Assembly (NCBI GenBank): GCA_030741355.1
Contig: JASLVM010000006.1
Location: 1-58,433 of the forward strand
DNA: 58,433 bases
Direction: 5' to 3'
Source of the DNA: Poseidonia sp.
Lineage (GTDB): Archaea; Thermoplasmatota; Poseidoniia; Poseidoniales; Poseidoniaceae
The position numbers and the translations under genes are program-made. Positions 50,901-58,433 of the stretch are shown piece after piece. The number at the start of each line of letters is the position of its first letter. Position 1 is the stretch's first letter. The notes beneath the pieces are model-generated. The model did no database searches, was not told where the DNA came from, and was given only the letters and a program-made list of their open reading frames with translations.

Positions 50901-52253
50901 TTGGGCGCCAGCACCAGTCAAGATGCCTACGGGACCGTTTTGGTCACCATCACGCCCGATGAACCACTCCCACTACAGTCGAACGAACAATTTGAGACGT
51001 TGTTGATGGTGGACGCTGTTGACGCTACGCAAAACGCCTACCTTGCGAATCTCATGGTCCCTTGGAGCGCCACCGATGCAGAAGGGAACGAGACCAGCAA
51101 CGGTGTCGCTGAAGCCAGAGGAAACGAACTTGCTGTCGCTGGTCAGGGCGCATATGACGGACGTTTGACCGTGTATCTCAGCACCGACCCACCAGCCTAC
51201 TATCTTCCAGGCATGATGGCGTCCTACGCTTTCGAATCCTCTCCGGATACCGCCGACAACGAAACCAACACCACCGATGAGACCAATCAGACCACCGACC
51301 CGGTCTTCCCCGATGTCACCCTGCCTGCCACCGTGGATTGCGGAACGGCCACCTACGAATGGGACAGCAACGCTACGGATGTTCTCATCACCTGTACGGT
51401 GACCAATCCGAACCCGTTTGACGTGATGGTTGGGTTCGCATGGAAGGTCGTCCCGGGTACGCCACCCGCCATTGAATTGGTCCACAACGAGGCAGATGGC
51501 GACACACCCTCCTTGACTGCAGAGGCCAACGGTACAGTTGACCTCACCTTCTCGTTGGTCCGAAACGGCCCAACAGAAGGCATGTTCCCAGGCCTACAGG
51601 GTGAAGGCTACATCGTCTCTCTCACCTGTCTTGACTTCGGAGATAACGCTTGTAGTACCATGACCGATGACACGGCTTCTACCGAGGGAGAACTCCAGTG
51701 GACGCTTGGTGAGATGCCCGTCCAAACGGTGGATGACAACCCGATTCAGGACGAAACTGAGAATGCGATGACCCCCGTGCTTGTTGGCATCGGACTTGTT
51801 ATTGCGCTGGTTGTTGGCGTGATTGGTGTTCTCTACTTGCGAAGCAACATGGACGAGGATTTCTTTGATGACGATGACGATGACGAGGATTACTATCAGG
51901 AAGCCATGGACGCTCCGGAGATGGCTCCGGGCGCACAATCTCTGAATTTGGCCGCCTCCAAATCCCTTGATGAATTGAAGACTTCAGGCAAAGACCTTCA
52001 CAGCGATGCCCCAGAGGGGCTCGCCAGCTCGCCAACCCTCGGCAGCAGCGCCGACGCCTTTGAGTTCGGTGCGACTGCCGAAGACGCCGTTCCGGACGTC
52101 GAAGACGCCGACGAGGAGGAATGGGTCGAGGAAGAAGAAGGTGATGACGGCATCACCGTTGACGAAAACGGCACCGAATGGTGGGAAGACGAAGAGGGCG
52201 TTTGGTGGTACCGAGAAGAAGGATGGGAAGACTGGGCCGCTTGGGAAGAATGA
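47925..52253 (+). CDS. Large surface protein: FG-GAP/VCBS propeller, FN3 domains, TM, acidic Trp-rich cytoplasmic tail
   Basis: Signal peptide; GDFNNDSNVD, ADVNGDSFDD, GDFTGNGLDE, GDFDGDQDLD, GDMDGDGSIE repeats; FN3 (VVIEWQP..YRS..WTYWVQSV); TM VLVGIGLVIALVVGVIGVLYL. Confidence 0.88.
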   Translation: MIRRQFLGLLFVFLFIAPAWSVMFAQASGGNIATFSTGNAEETVVISSGQHTSLGFDLNRNTTITSASFFIKPATTGSSVGAVDIDANADGVPEWSFNDTGYGDFGHQTLFTNGNTSASLSINPNQGAVTNPDSPPFYLPSGSTVSSSTLEIGFSPTLIGGFYSTGYIHAVDKGDFNNDSNVDFALLSRTANVSSGNTTQPGQSSVAAFRVASYDNNTGITLSSWVTTCANATRIMAADVNGDSFDDVVGYAPADDQLCIHFTNTTSGGFEPQVNVTHVSSIIDLAFGDFTGNGLDEMVSIQSSGKVSVDQFSNRTNAFSNRDYTTVNIAGTANPATLTHMLFAYFDGPNNLPSLVACQSNGAADIMFWSTTTGTIATGSSLTGVSSDAVVGDFDGDQDLDIVASTPNGHRSIENRGGTGWDGDSHNRLITLTNATVLDYDLDSASHLLIPNVGTVDANPATFTGNISAYGFQSGWNYDNRVRSQTTDVFEPWTSPRAIHFGDMDGDGSIEQLILAGEGSNHGVFISAYHRIGYDIDKDGAVDVEAGGYAGNGSNGLSPLMLQDTTGNFTTSLNVLSPGLPYTSDGYGTQMAAVNLSMHSITQGSFTFDNLDIRYVANFLVNSNPSLSGNLSNVLNQQMTAGSGTLHVPLHINTTSNGSVELFSPTVAYVDGAPNIALPPTPVLTLVDLEPDRVVIEWQPITEFGDDLLDFVVYRSVMGQPLNIEAPIENTFSNNTIDTGVQPGQSWTYWVQSVHSFGITSNISAPLSVTVPYPAPKSFIPNLTATDVPNDEGGAMNISWSAGDESIVEHHVFVLPSTFNDVSGQTTTITAEANATSVEITQDSTGTPLVDGTPYFVAAIGVDVYGNASMNVTAIGPIYTRNDTSLTTTLDVVYTDFTQNELTETVLLARTKGLVVEADLHQAGTAIANATLTLTITDDEDSFMLDMTTDETGHASLTVDALSSLGPIEALGAMSLSVSYSGSEGDEQHQPLLGASTSQDAYGTVLVTITPDEPLPLQSNEQFETLLMVDAVDATQNAYLANLMVPWSATDAEGNETSNGVAEARGNELAVAGQGAYDGRLTVYLSTDPPAYYLPGMMASYAFESSPDTADNETNTTDETNQTTDPVFPDVTLPATVDCGTATYEWDSNATDVLITCTVTNPNPFDVMVGFAWKVVPGTPPAIELVHNEADGDTPSLTAEANGTVDLTFSLVRNGPTEGMFPGLQGEGYIVSLTCLDFGDNACSTMTDDTASTEGELQWTLGEMPVQTVDDNPIQDETENAMTPVLVGIGLVIALVVGVIGVLYLRSNMDEDFFDDDDDDEDYYQEAMDAPEMAPGAQSLNLAASKSLDELKTSGKDLHSDAPEGLASSPTLGSSADAFEFGATAEDAVPDVEDADEEEWVEEEEGDDGITVDENGTEWWEDEEGVWWYREEGWEDWAAWEE

Positions 52254-52307
52254 TTCTTCCGTGAGCCTTTTCATTGGTCCTTGATTGGGAGAGACGGAGG
52301 CAGAACA

Positions 52308-53066
52308 ATGGATGCCAACTTGCAGTCCTATTCGCTCGTTCTGCATCAAGACGCTGACCCACGAACGGGAGGCGTTGCTGTCTGCGGCTTCACGACCGCC
52401 GGCATGGTCGGCGTCATCTCCACCTCGCACATCATCAAAACGCTTGATTTGAGGCAACTCGGCACGGTCATGCACAAAGATTTCCCAGCAGTAGCCCTCA
52501 TTCACGACGAGGTGCCAAAACACCCTGTACGTGTTTACCAGGGCGAGAACATCGGGGTGTTCACTTCGGAAATCCAGTTTGGTACGGAGACGGACATCAT
52601 GTTCGCCTCCACCGTCTTGGAATGGTTTACCAAAGGTGGATTTGACCGATTGATCATCATCGACGGCATCACCCGTCCAGAAAAAGAATTGAACACGGGA
52701 GAATTGTTTGGTGTCGGTTCCATTCCAGCAGCACGGGCCCGTCTCAAGAAACTCGACATTGAACCCATTCAGCAAGGTATCGTCTCGGGAATAACCGGCT
52801 TTTTACTCGGGGAAGGCGATCGGCTTGGTATCGACATCACGGCCCTTCTCTCCGAAGCCAGTCCAATGTATCCTGACGCCCGAGCGGCCGCTCTTGCGGT
52901 GGAGGCGGTCAGCGACTTAACCGGATTCGAAATTCCTCTGACCGAACTTCTTGAAAACGCTCGCTCCATTGAAGACAGCGTTCGGGACATCATCGAAAAC
53001 GCATCACAAATGTTGCCAGCGCCCGATGAAGACAACATCACGGACATCGACCCGTCGTTCGGGTGA
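52308..53066 (+). CDS. PAC2 family protein, second paralog
   Basis: CGFTTAGMVGVISTSHIIKTL, HPVRVY, GIVSGITGFLL, YPDARAAA; ends DPSFG. ATG 52308 with GGAGG RBS. Confidence 0.9.
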   Translation: MDANLQSYSLVLHQDADPRTGGVAVCGFTTAGMVGVISTSHIIKTLDLRQLGTVMHKDFPAVALIHDEVPKHPVRVYQGENIGVFTSEIQFGTETDIMFASTVLEWFTKGGFDRLIIIDGITRPEKELNTGELFGVGSIPAARARLKKLDIEPIQQGIVSGITGFLLGEGDRLGIDITALLSEASPMYPDARAAALAVEAVSDLTGFEIPLTELLENARSIEDSVRDIIENASQMLPAPDEDNITDIDPSFG

Positions 53067-53068
53067 GA

Positions 53069-54424
53069 TTATTCCGTGGCAGCGGCGACCAATGTTCGGG
53101 TCGTTTCCATGACTTCCTCAAACGAAGCATCCGTGACAAAGAACGGGTCAATATCGGGAACCCGTGCCGCCGAGAAGCCCGCTTCGTCCAACGCCGTGAA
53201 CAAAGCCTCCATTTTGGGTGCTTGACCGACCCCAGCCATGTTCGGCAGGTCGTCCATGTGATACAGCGTATGTTCTCGACTCATCAAATCGGCTGCCTCA
53301 GCGATATAACGAACACTTCTTCGCAATTCTCGCTGAGCGTATTCTTGGTCGTCTTCGGTCCACACCAACCCCGCTTCTCGATGGGCTTTGAGTTCATTTT
53401 CTGATGGTGAACACACCGCCACCACCCGCTCTTCTGTCATGCGTCCAGCAATGTCCCTGTTCCAGAGGGGGCCGATCCACATGGGGCCACTGGCGCGTTC
53501 CACTTCATCGGGCGAGGGGTGGTGAACGAATCTGTAGGTGCCGTTGTCCGCTCTTACCCTCCATCCCATGTCATCCAACACATTGGACGCCCCGTCGCGA
53601 CTTCTTCGAACCTTCACGCTGACACGGACATGATGCCCATCAAAGAGCGCGAGAACCGGTTCAACGCATCGGTCATGACGGGCCGCCGTGGTGGCGATGA
53701 GGCCGAGAAGAACCCGAACAGCATCGTCGTGGGCATAACTGTCGACGATGCCCTTGGCGCCATAGCGTCGTTGTTGAGAAGAGGCGCTCGAACCCGTCAG
53801 GGCCGCCGTATCGGTGGCCGTAACTTCGAGAAAGGCCTTGCGGGATAGGCCTTGGATGGCAGCATCGAGGAAGTTGACGGGCGAACCGAAGGGGTCGATG
53901 TCAACCCACTGGTAGGCCGCTTCCATCAATGCGATTCTCGCATCGTTTTGCATGATGAACAGACCGTTGTGCATCTCGCCCTTCGGTACCCGTTCGTAGC
54001 GGTCGTCTTCGATGGCGTGGCCGACGGCTATTGCTGGAGGGTGGCGTTCGTGGGCCTCTTTCAGTTGTTCAAGAGCGACGTTGTCCAAATCATTGGCCGT
54101 GATTCGCAGGCGGTGCTGATGTTCCGCCATGATTTCGGTCCGCCATCGTCGAACACGAACACCGGTGGCACACAATGCATCCAGTGCCCGCACATCGTGC
54201 TCTGCCTTGACCAACCAGTCGTTTTCCAATGCATCCGCCAACAACAAGACAGAACGGGTTCTGGCCGGGGCCATGGCCGGGTTGAGAAAACCAGGCCCCG
54301 TTCGTTTTGCTGGACCTCGTGGCATGTGTGTAGGGCGTTCTTGGTCGCTGCGTAGCTTGACCAATGTTTTGCCTTCCATCCACAAATGGCCGGTCCCTGA
54401 GGGTTCCGAACGGTCGTCGGCCAT
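53069..54424 (-). CDS. trm1: tRNA (guanine-26-N2)-dimethyltransferase, divergent
   Basis: FLNPAM, LDALCATGVR, ANDL, DIDPFGSP, VTATDTAAL, RVLLG, GPMWIGPL. Confidence 0.88.
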   Translation of the reverse strand: MADDRSEPSGTGHLWMEGKTLVKLRSDQERPTHMPRGPAKRTGPGFLNPAMAPARTRSVLLLADALENDWLVKAEHDVRALDALCATGVRVRRWRTEIMAEHQHRLRITANDLDNVALEQLKEAHERHPPAIAVGHAIEDDRYERVPKGEMHNGLFIMQNDARIALMEAAYQWVDIDPFGSPVNFLDAAIQGLSRKAFLEVTATDTAALTGSSASSQQRRYGAKGIVDSYAHDDAVRVLLGLIATTAARHDRCVEPVLALFDGHHVRVSVKVRRSRDGASNVLDDMGWRVRADNGTYRFVHHPSPDEVERASGPMWIGPLWNRDIAGRMTEERVVAVCSPSENELKAHREAGLVWTEDDQEYAQRELRRSVRYIAEAADLMSREHTLYHMDDLPNMAGVGQAPKMEALFTALDEAGFSAARVPDIDPFFVTDASFEEVMETTRTLVAAATE

Positions 54425-54473
54425 GCACCTGCGAACACCCGCTCCCTCATGACCGCACCGCTGGGGCGCGGCC

Positions 54474-55586
54474 TCAGTAATGGGAGAATTCCACGCCTTC
54501 TATGGCGTGTTTGACACGATGACCTTGATCACGAACATGGCCGACGATGGCCACGCCCTCCATTCGTTCTTGCAACCAACTCAAGACCGTATCGGCGTGT
54601 TCTGCATCAACGGCGATGACCATGCCCATGCCCATGTTGAACGTCCTGTACATCTCACGGGTTTCAACACCGCCCGCAGATTGAAGCCACTGAAATTCAG
54701 GAAGCACGGGAAGTGGGGAATGGATGTCCCACCCGAGGGAAGGATGGAGTCGGAGCAGGTTGGAAAGTCCTCCTCCAGTGATGTGGCAGATGCCGTGGAT
54801 ATCGCTGATGGCGAACCCTTCTCCTTCACGAGCAGCGTTGAGGAGGTCCACCACGGGGTCGCAGTAGATGCGCGTTGGGTTCAGGAGGATTTCACCCAAG
54901 GTGGGCGCGCCTTCGGTCCATCGCATCAAGGTACGACCGGGGTGTTCCGCCTCAAAGGGCGCCGTATCGGTGTACGACAGACCTGCGTGTTCGATGATTT
55001 TGCGAACCAGTGAATAGCCGTTGGAATGAATGCCTGAGGCGGGCAGTCCGATGAGGGCGTCGCCTTCATCGAGGTGTTCACCCGTGATGGCTTGGCCTTT
55101 TGGCAGCCATCCAAGGGCGGTTCCGGAAAGGTCGAGTTCAGTGACGATGCCAGGTAGCGAAGCCGTTTCTCCGCCCGCCAGCGTGACCCGAGCGAGTCGG
55201 CAGGCTTCAGCCAGTGAGGCTCCAAGCGCCGCATGGATAGCGGGGTCGGGTTTGGGGACGGCCACATAATCGACAAAGGCGATGGGTTCGGCTCCAACGC
55301 ACAAGAGGTCGTTGACGTTCATGGCCATGCAATCGATTCCAACGCCACCCCATTGTTCGAGGGCTGTGGCGATCTGAAGTTTGCTCCCCACACCGTCAGT
55401 GGCAAGGGCGAGCAGGTTGTCGCCAAATTCGATCAGGCCGCCAAATCCGCCGGGCAAGTCGACCGGCGCACCGGGGGTGCCGGGCTGTCGTACGCTCTTG
55501 GAGAGTGCACCGATGAGTGAAGCAACCGCCGAACCCTCGAGGTCGATGTCGACCCCTGCGCTGGCGTAGTCCATGGGTTCACTCAT
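54474..55586 (-). CDS. purM: Phosphoribosylformylglycinamidine cyclo-ligase (AIR synthetase)
   Basis: YASAGVDI, TDGVGSK, AMNVNDL.CVGAEP, GGETA, SGIHSNGYSL, HITGGG, EMYRTFNMGMG. Start ATG 55586 with GGAGG. Confidence 0.97.
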   Translation of the reverse strand: MSEPMDYASAGVDIDLEGSAVASLIGALSKSVRQPGTPGAPVDLPGGFGGLIEFGDNLLALATDGVGSKLQIATALEQWGGVGIDCMAMNVNDLLCVGAEPIAFVDYVAVPKPDPAIHAALGASLAEACRLARVTLAGGETASLPGIVTELDLSGTALGWLPKGQAITGEHLDEGDALIGLPASGIHSNGYSLVRKIIEHAGLSYTDTAPFEAEHPGRTLMRWTEGAPTLGEILLNPTRIYCDPVVDLLNAAREGEGFAISDIHGICHITGGGLSNLLRLHPSLGWDIHSPLPVLPEFQWLQSAGGVETREMYRTFNMGMGMVIAVDAEHADTVLSWLQERMEGVAIVGHVRDQGHRVKHAIEGVEFSHY

Positions 55587-55630
55587 GATGCCTCCAACGG
55601 TCGGCGTTTCATGAAGGAATCGCTTCGGAT

Positions 55631-56239
55631 TCAAGCGTCCATCACGAGGCGAGACAACGGTATCAACGCCTCCAGACTCTGGTGAAGACGATGACCGTCT
55701 TCGACAACATGAAGCGAGACACCGTCGTTGTTTGCGGCCGCCATCTCACTGTTTGAAAGCGGCACGATATCATCCTCAGAGCCATGAAGAATGGCGGTGG
55801 GATGGGGTAAATCAGGCCACGCCAAATCACGAACAGCCTCCATGAACGACCAACTCAGAACGATCGGTTCTTCCCATCCCGGAGGGTGAAAGGCGTGGGT
55901 TCCGGTTTGTTCCCACAACGCCATGGCGTCACTTCCAAGCGTCTTGTTGACCAAGTCGGGATAGCCAAAAGCGGGGGCAAGCAAGACCAACCGGAGGTCG
56001 AGGTCGGGTCGCAAAGCCGCAGCGTTGGCCGTGGCCAGTCCTCCAAAAGACGACCCGATGAGCACGTCAAACGGCCCTTGTTCGTCAATCACTTCCAAGA
56101 CCGCCCGCGTTTGGCTGGCCTGGTCCCAACCGTGCTTTCGCATATCAACGGTCACGACCTCCCATCCTTGGGCGCGCATCCATGCCGCTTTGCTGCTGTC
56201 CGTGCTCGACCAGAGGCCGTGGGCAAAGGTCACTCTCAT
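55631..56239 (-). CDS. Alpha/beta hydrolase (YqiA-like esterase)
   Basis: HGL, GSSFGG nucleophile elbow, LLAPA, HGSEDDIVP, DGHRL. Confidence 0.9.
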   Translation of the reverse strand: MRVTFAHGLWSSTDSSKAAWMRAQGWEVVTVDMRKHGWDQASQTRAVLEVIDEQGPFDVLIGSSFGGLATANAAALRPDLDLRLVLLAPAFGYPDLVNKTLGSDAMALWEQTGTHAFHPPGWEEPIVLSWSFMEAVRDLAWPDLPHPTAILHGSEDDIVPLSNSEMAAANNDGVSLHVVEDGHRLHQSLEALIPLSRLVMDA

Positions 56240-56339
56240 GGAGGAAACACAAGGTCTGCGCTACAAGGATTCTTCGCCGCCGAGATTCTCCACATGACGC
56301 CTCGTCAATCCGAAACCATGCGTCTGCAGGGTTGTCTTT

Positions 56340-56360
56340 TTCCAGTGGAAAGCAAGGGGT
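56340..56360 (+). promoter_or_regulatory. Origin recognition box (ORB)-like Orc1/Cdc6 binding site
   Basis: TTCCAGTGGAAAGCAAGGGGT matches the archaeal ORB pattern TTCCAGTGGAAA..GGGG; 67 nt upstream of the mcm ATG. Confidence 0.65.
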
Positions 56361-56427
56361 ACTCTGTTTCGCGAAGAATCATTATATTGCTTCGCCAATG
56401 TTGTTCAGTGTCCCGGCGGTGCACACC

Positions 56428-58433
56428 ATGTCTGCGATTCAAGAATTTGACCTCCCCGCCCGTTGGACTTCCCTGCTTCAGGACAAGTATTCCGAGGCCA
56501 TTCACAATCTGGCAAAAATGTGGCCAGACGAAGGCTCTTTGGAGGTCTCTTACCGTGAAGTTGAGGGCTATGACCACGAATTCGCCCAAGACATTCTGGC
56601 CAACCCCGACCATCACTTCCAGGCCGCCAACCAGGCGCTTCGCCAATTTCTCCTCGATGCCGGAGAAGGCAATTTGATGCCCTTTGTCCGAATCATTCAC
56701 CTTCCAAGCGACCAAGTTCGCACGGTCTCTCAACTCCGTGCCGATGACATCGGACGAATGATCGCCATCGATGCGGTCACCACCAAAATCACCGGGGTTC
56801 GACCTCGTCTGTATTCGGCCGTGTTTGAGTGCGTTGCTTGTGGCCACACCATGGAGATCAACCAGCCCAACGAACAAGAACTCATCGAACCCCTTGAATG
56901 CATCCAAATTGACGGAGGTTGCGGCCGTCCAAAGCGTCAGACCAGGTTTCTTCTCCAACAACAGGCCTCTCACCTCATCAATTCCCAATTTATCGAACTT
57001 CAGGAACTTCCAGAGCAGATGAAAGGCGGTATTCAACCCGAACGCATTTTGTGCATTGGTGAACAAGATCTGGCGGGGCGTCTAAATCCTGGCGACCGTG
57101 TCAAAGCCAACGGCGTCCTCTTCATTCGCTCGCAACGAAAGGGAGGCAAGGATACGCCTGTTTTCGACATTTTCTTGCGCATTCATTCGCTTGAACGTCA
57201 AAACATCCCGCTTGAAGAGATCATCATCTCCGAAGAGGAGGAAAATGAGATCAAAGAAATTGCACGGGACGGCGATGTTTACCGCTTGCTGACGCGCAGC
57301 ATTGCGCCTTCCATCTTCGGCATGGACCACGTTAAGGAATCCTTGATGCTCCAGTTGTTTGGTGGTGAAGCCCAGGTCAATGAAGACGGTACACGAAACC
57401 GGGGCGACATCCACATCCTCTTGATGGGCGACCCCGGTGTTGCCAAGTCCCAACTTCTGCATTACATGTCGACCATTTCTCCACGTGGAAGATTTGCATC
57501 CGGGCAATCGGCTTCTGCGGCCGGTTTGACCGCCGCCGCGGTTCAAGACGCCGCTGCCGATGGCCGTTGGACGTTGGAAGCTGGGGCGTTGGTGCTCGCC
57601 GACCTTGGCCTTGCCGCCATTGACGAATTCGACAAGATGAACACCGCAGACCGTTCGAGCATGCACGAGGCCATGGAACAGCAGAGCATTTCGATTTCAA
57701 AAGCAGGTATCAACGCAAGTTTGCGAACCCGATGCGCCGTGTTGGCTGCGGCCAACCCAACCAGTGGGCGCTTCCAACCGGTGAGCGATGTCCCGTTTAC
57801 TTCACAAATCAACCTTGCACCACCCCTGATTTCCCGTTTTGACATCATTTGGTTGTTGACCGACACTCCTGACGATTCCCGCGACGAAAAGATCGCCTCA
57901 CACATCATCGAAAACCGCCTCAAAGGAAGCAGCGAATTGCTGGTGAAAGAAGGGACGATTCCCGACCCAACCCGCTCTGCCGCCCAACGAAAAGACGCCA
58001 AGAAGGTGGACGGCAAGTACGAGATTTTGCCCCGCGACCTCTTGCGAAAGTACGTGGCTTATTCCAAGCGGACCTTCCACCCGAAATTGAATGATGAAGC
58101 CAGAGCGAAAATCGTGGCCTATTACGTTGAAACCCGAAAGAGCGGGGGTGATTCCGAAGACAGCGTGGCCATCACGGCGCGTTCTCTTGAAGCACTTTCA
58201 CGTTTGGCAGAGGCCAGTGCACGTATCCGTCTCTCCGACAAGGCCACGGCCGATGACGCCGACCGAGCCATTCGTCTGACCAAGTTGTGGCGGCTTGAAC
58301 TCATGGGAGAGAACTTTGACATGACCACCATTGAATCTGGAAAGAAAGGCAAGGTCCGCAATCAAGAGAAGGTCATCATCGATATTGTCTCCGTGCTGCA
58401 AAACGACTCGGGGACATCGGCCAATCTGCTCGA
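56428..58433 (+). CDS. mcm: Replicative helicase MCM, truncated by window end
   Basis: Not in ORF track. Manual translation from ATG 56428: CVACG Zn finger, QELPE, IAPSIFG, RGDIHILLMGDPGVAKSQLL, WTLEAGALVLAD, IDEFDKM, HEAMEQQSISISKAGI, AAANP, SRFD, ITARSLE. No intein seen. Confidence 0.98.
   Translation, partial: MSAIQEFDLPARWTSLLQDKYSEAIHNLAKMWPDEGSLEVSYREVEGYDHEFAQDILANPDHHFQAANQALRQFLLDAGEGNLMPFVRIIHLPSDQVRTVSQLRADDIGRMIAIDAVTTKITGVRPRLYSAVFECVACGHTMEINQPNEQELIEPLECIQIDGGCGRPKRQTRFLLQQQASHLINSQFIELQELPEQMKGGIQPERILCIGEQDLAGRLNPGDRVKANGVLFIRSQRKGGKDTPVFDIFLRIHSLERQNIPLEEIIISEEEENEIKEIARDGDVYRLLTRSIAPSIFGMDHVKESLMLQLFGGEAQVNEDGTRNRGDIHILLMGDPGVAKSQLLHYMSTISPRGRFASGQSASAAGLTAAAVQDAAADGRWTLEAGALVLADLGLAAIDEFDKMNTADRSSMHEAMEQQSISISKAGINASLRTRCAVLAAANPTSGRFQPVSDVPFTSQINLAPPLISRFDIIWLLTDTPDDSRDEKIASHIIENRLKGSSELLVKEGTIPDPTRSAAQRKDAKKVDGKYEILPRDLLRKYVAYSKRTFHPKLNDEARAKIVAYYVETRKSGGDSEDSVAITARSLEALSRLAEASARIRLSDKATADDADRAIRLTKLWRLELMGENFDMTTIESGKKGKVRNQEKVIIDIVSVLQNDSGTSANLL

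Noticed and set aside
56428-58433. Intein in MCM; track ORFs 55886-56677 and 56305-57066 as genes
   Set aside because: Walker A, Walker B and arginine-finger motifs are at normal spacing; the track ORFs are shadows of mcm and the hydrolase.

Overview
Ordinary chromosomal DNA (roughly mid-50s % GC by eye) from an archaeon, most consistent with Marine Group II (Ca. Poseidoniales, Thermoplasmatota). Archaeal markers are rpl18e-rpl13-rps9-rpoN-tRNA-Pro, MCM, Trm1, two PAC2 proteins and an Lrp regulator; these occur with a bacterial-type NAD-dependent LigA and very large Asp-rich surface proteins. About 46 CDS and 3 intron-less, CCA-encoding tRNAs (Cys-GCA, Pro-GGG, Arg-GCG) are supported. Two long genes running off the window edges are missing from the ORF track: a helical hypothetical (<1-1415, minus) and MCM (56428->58433). 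No transposase, integrase or CRISPR array was seen. About 36% of the window encodes exported surface proteins. Signals most worth follow-up: (1) a nested ~150-nt RNA structure in the long leader of a secreted Gln/Gly-rich Ca-binding-repeat protein, followed by a 2700-aa DHDNDG-repeat/DUF4129 giant carrying a phage-virion-like inserted domain; (2) a near-canonical archaeal ORB (Orc1/Cdc6 box) directly upstream of mcm; (3) an unannotated 30-aa four-Cys micro-protein behind the peroxiredoxin-like gene; (4) a LigA / Fe-S PD-(D/E)xK nuclease / DEDDh exonuclease cluster; (5) a surface-anchored FAS1-FAS1-cupredoxin next to a PQQ-type dehydrogenase. All family calls are motif recognition by eye; no searches were run.
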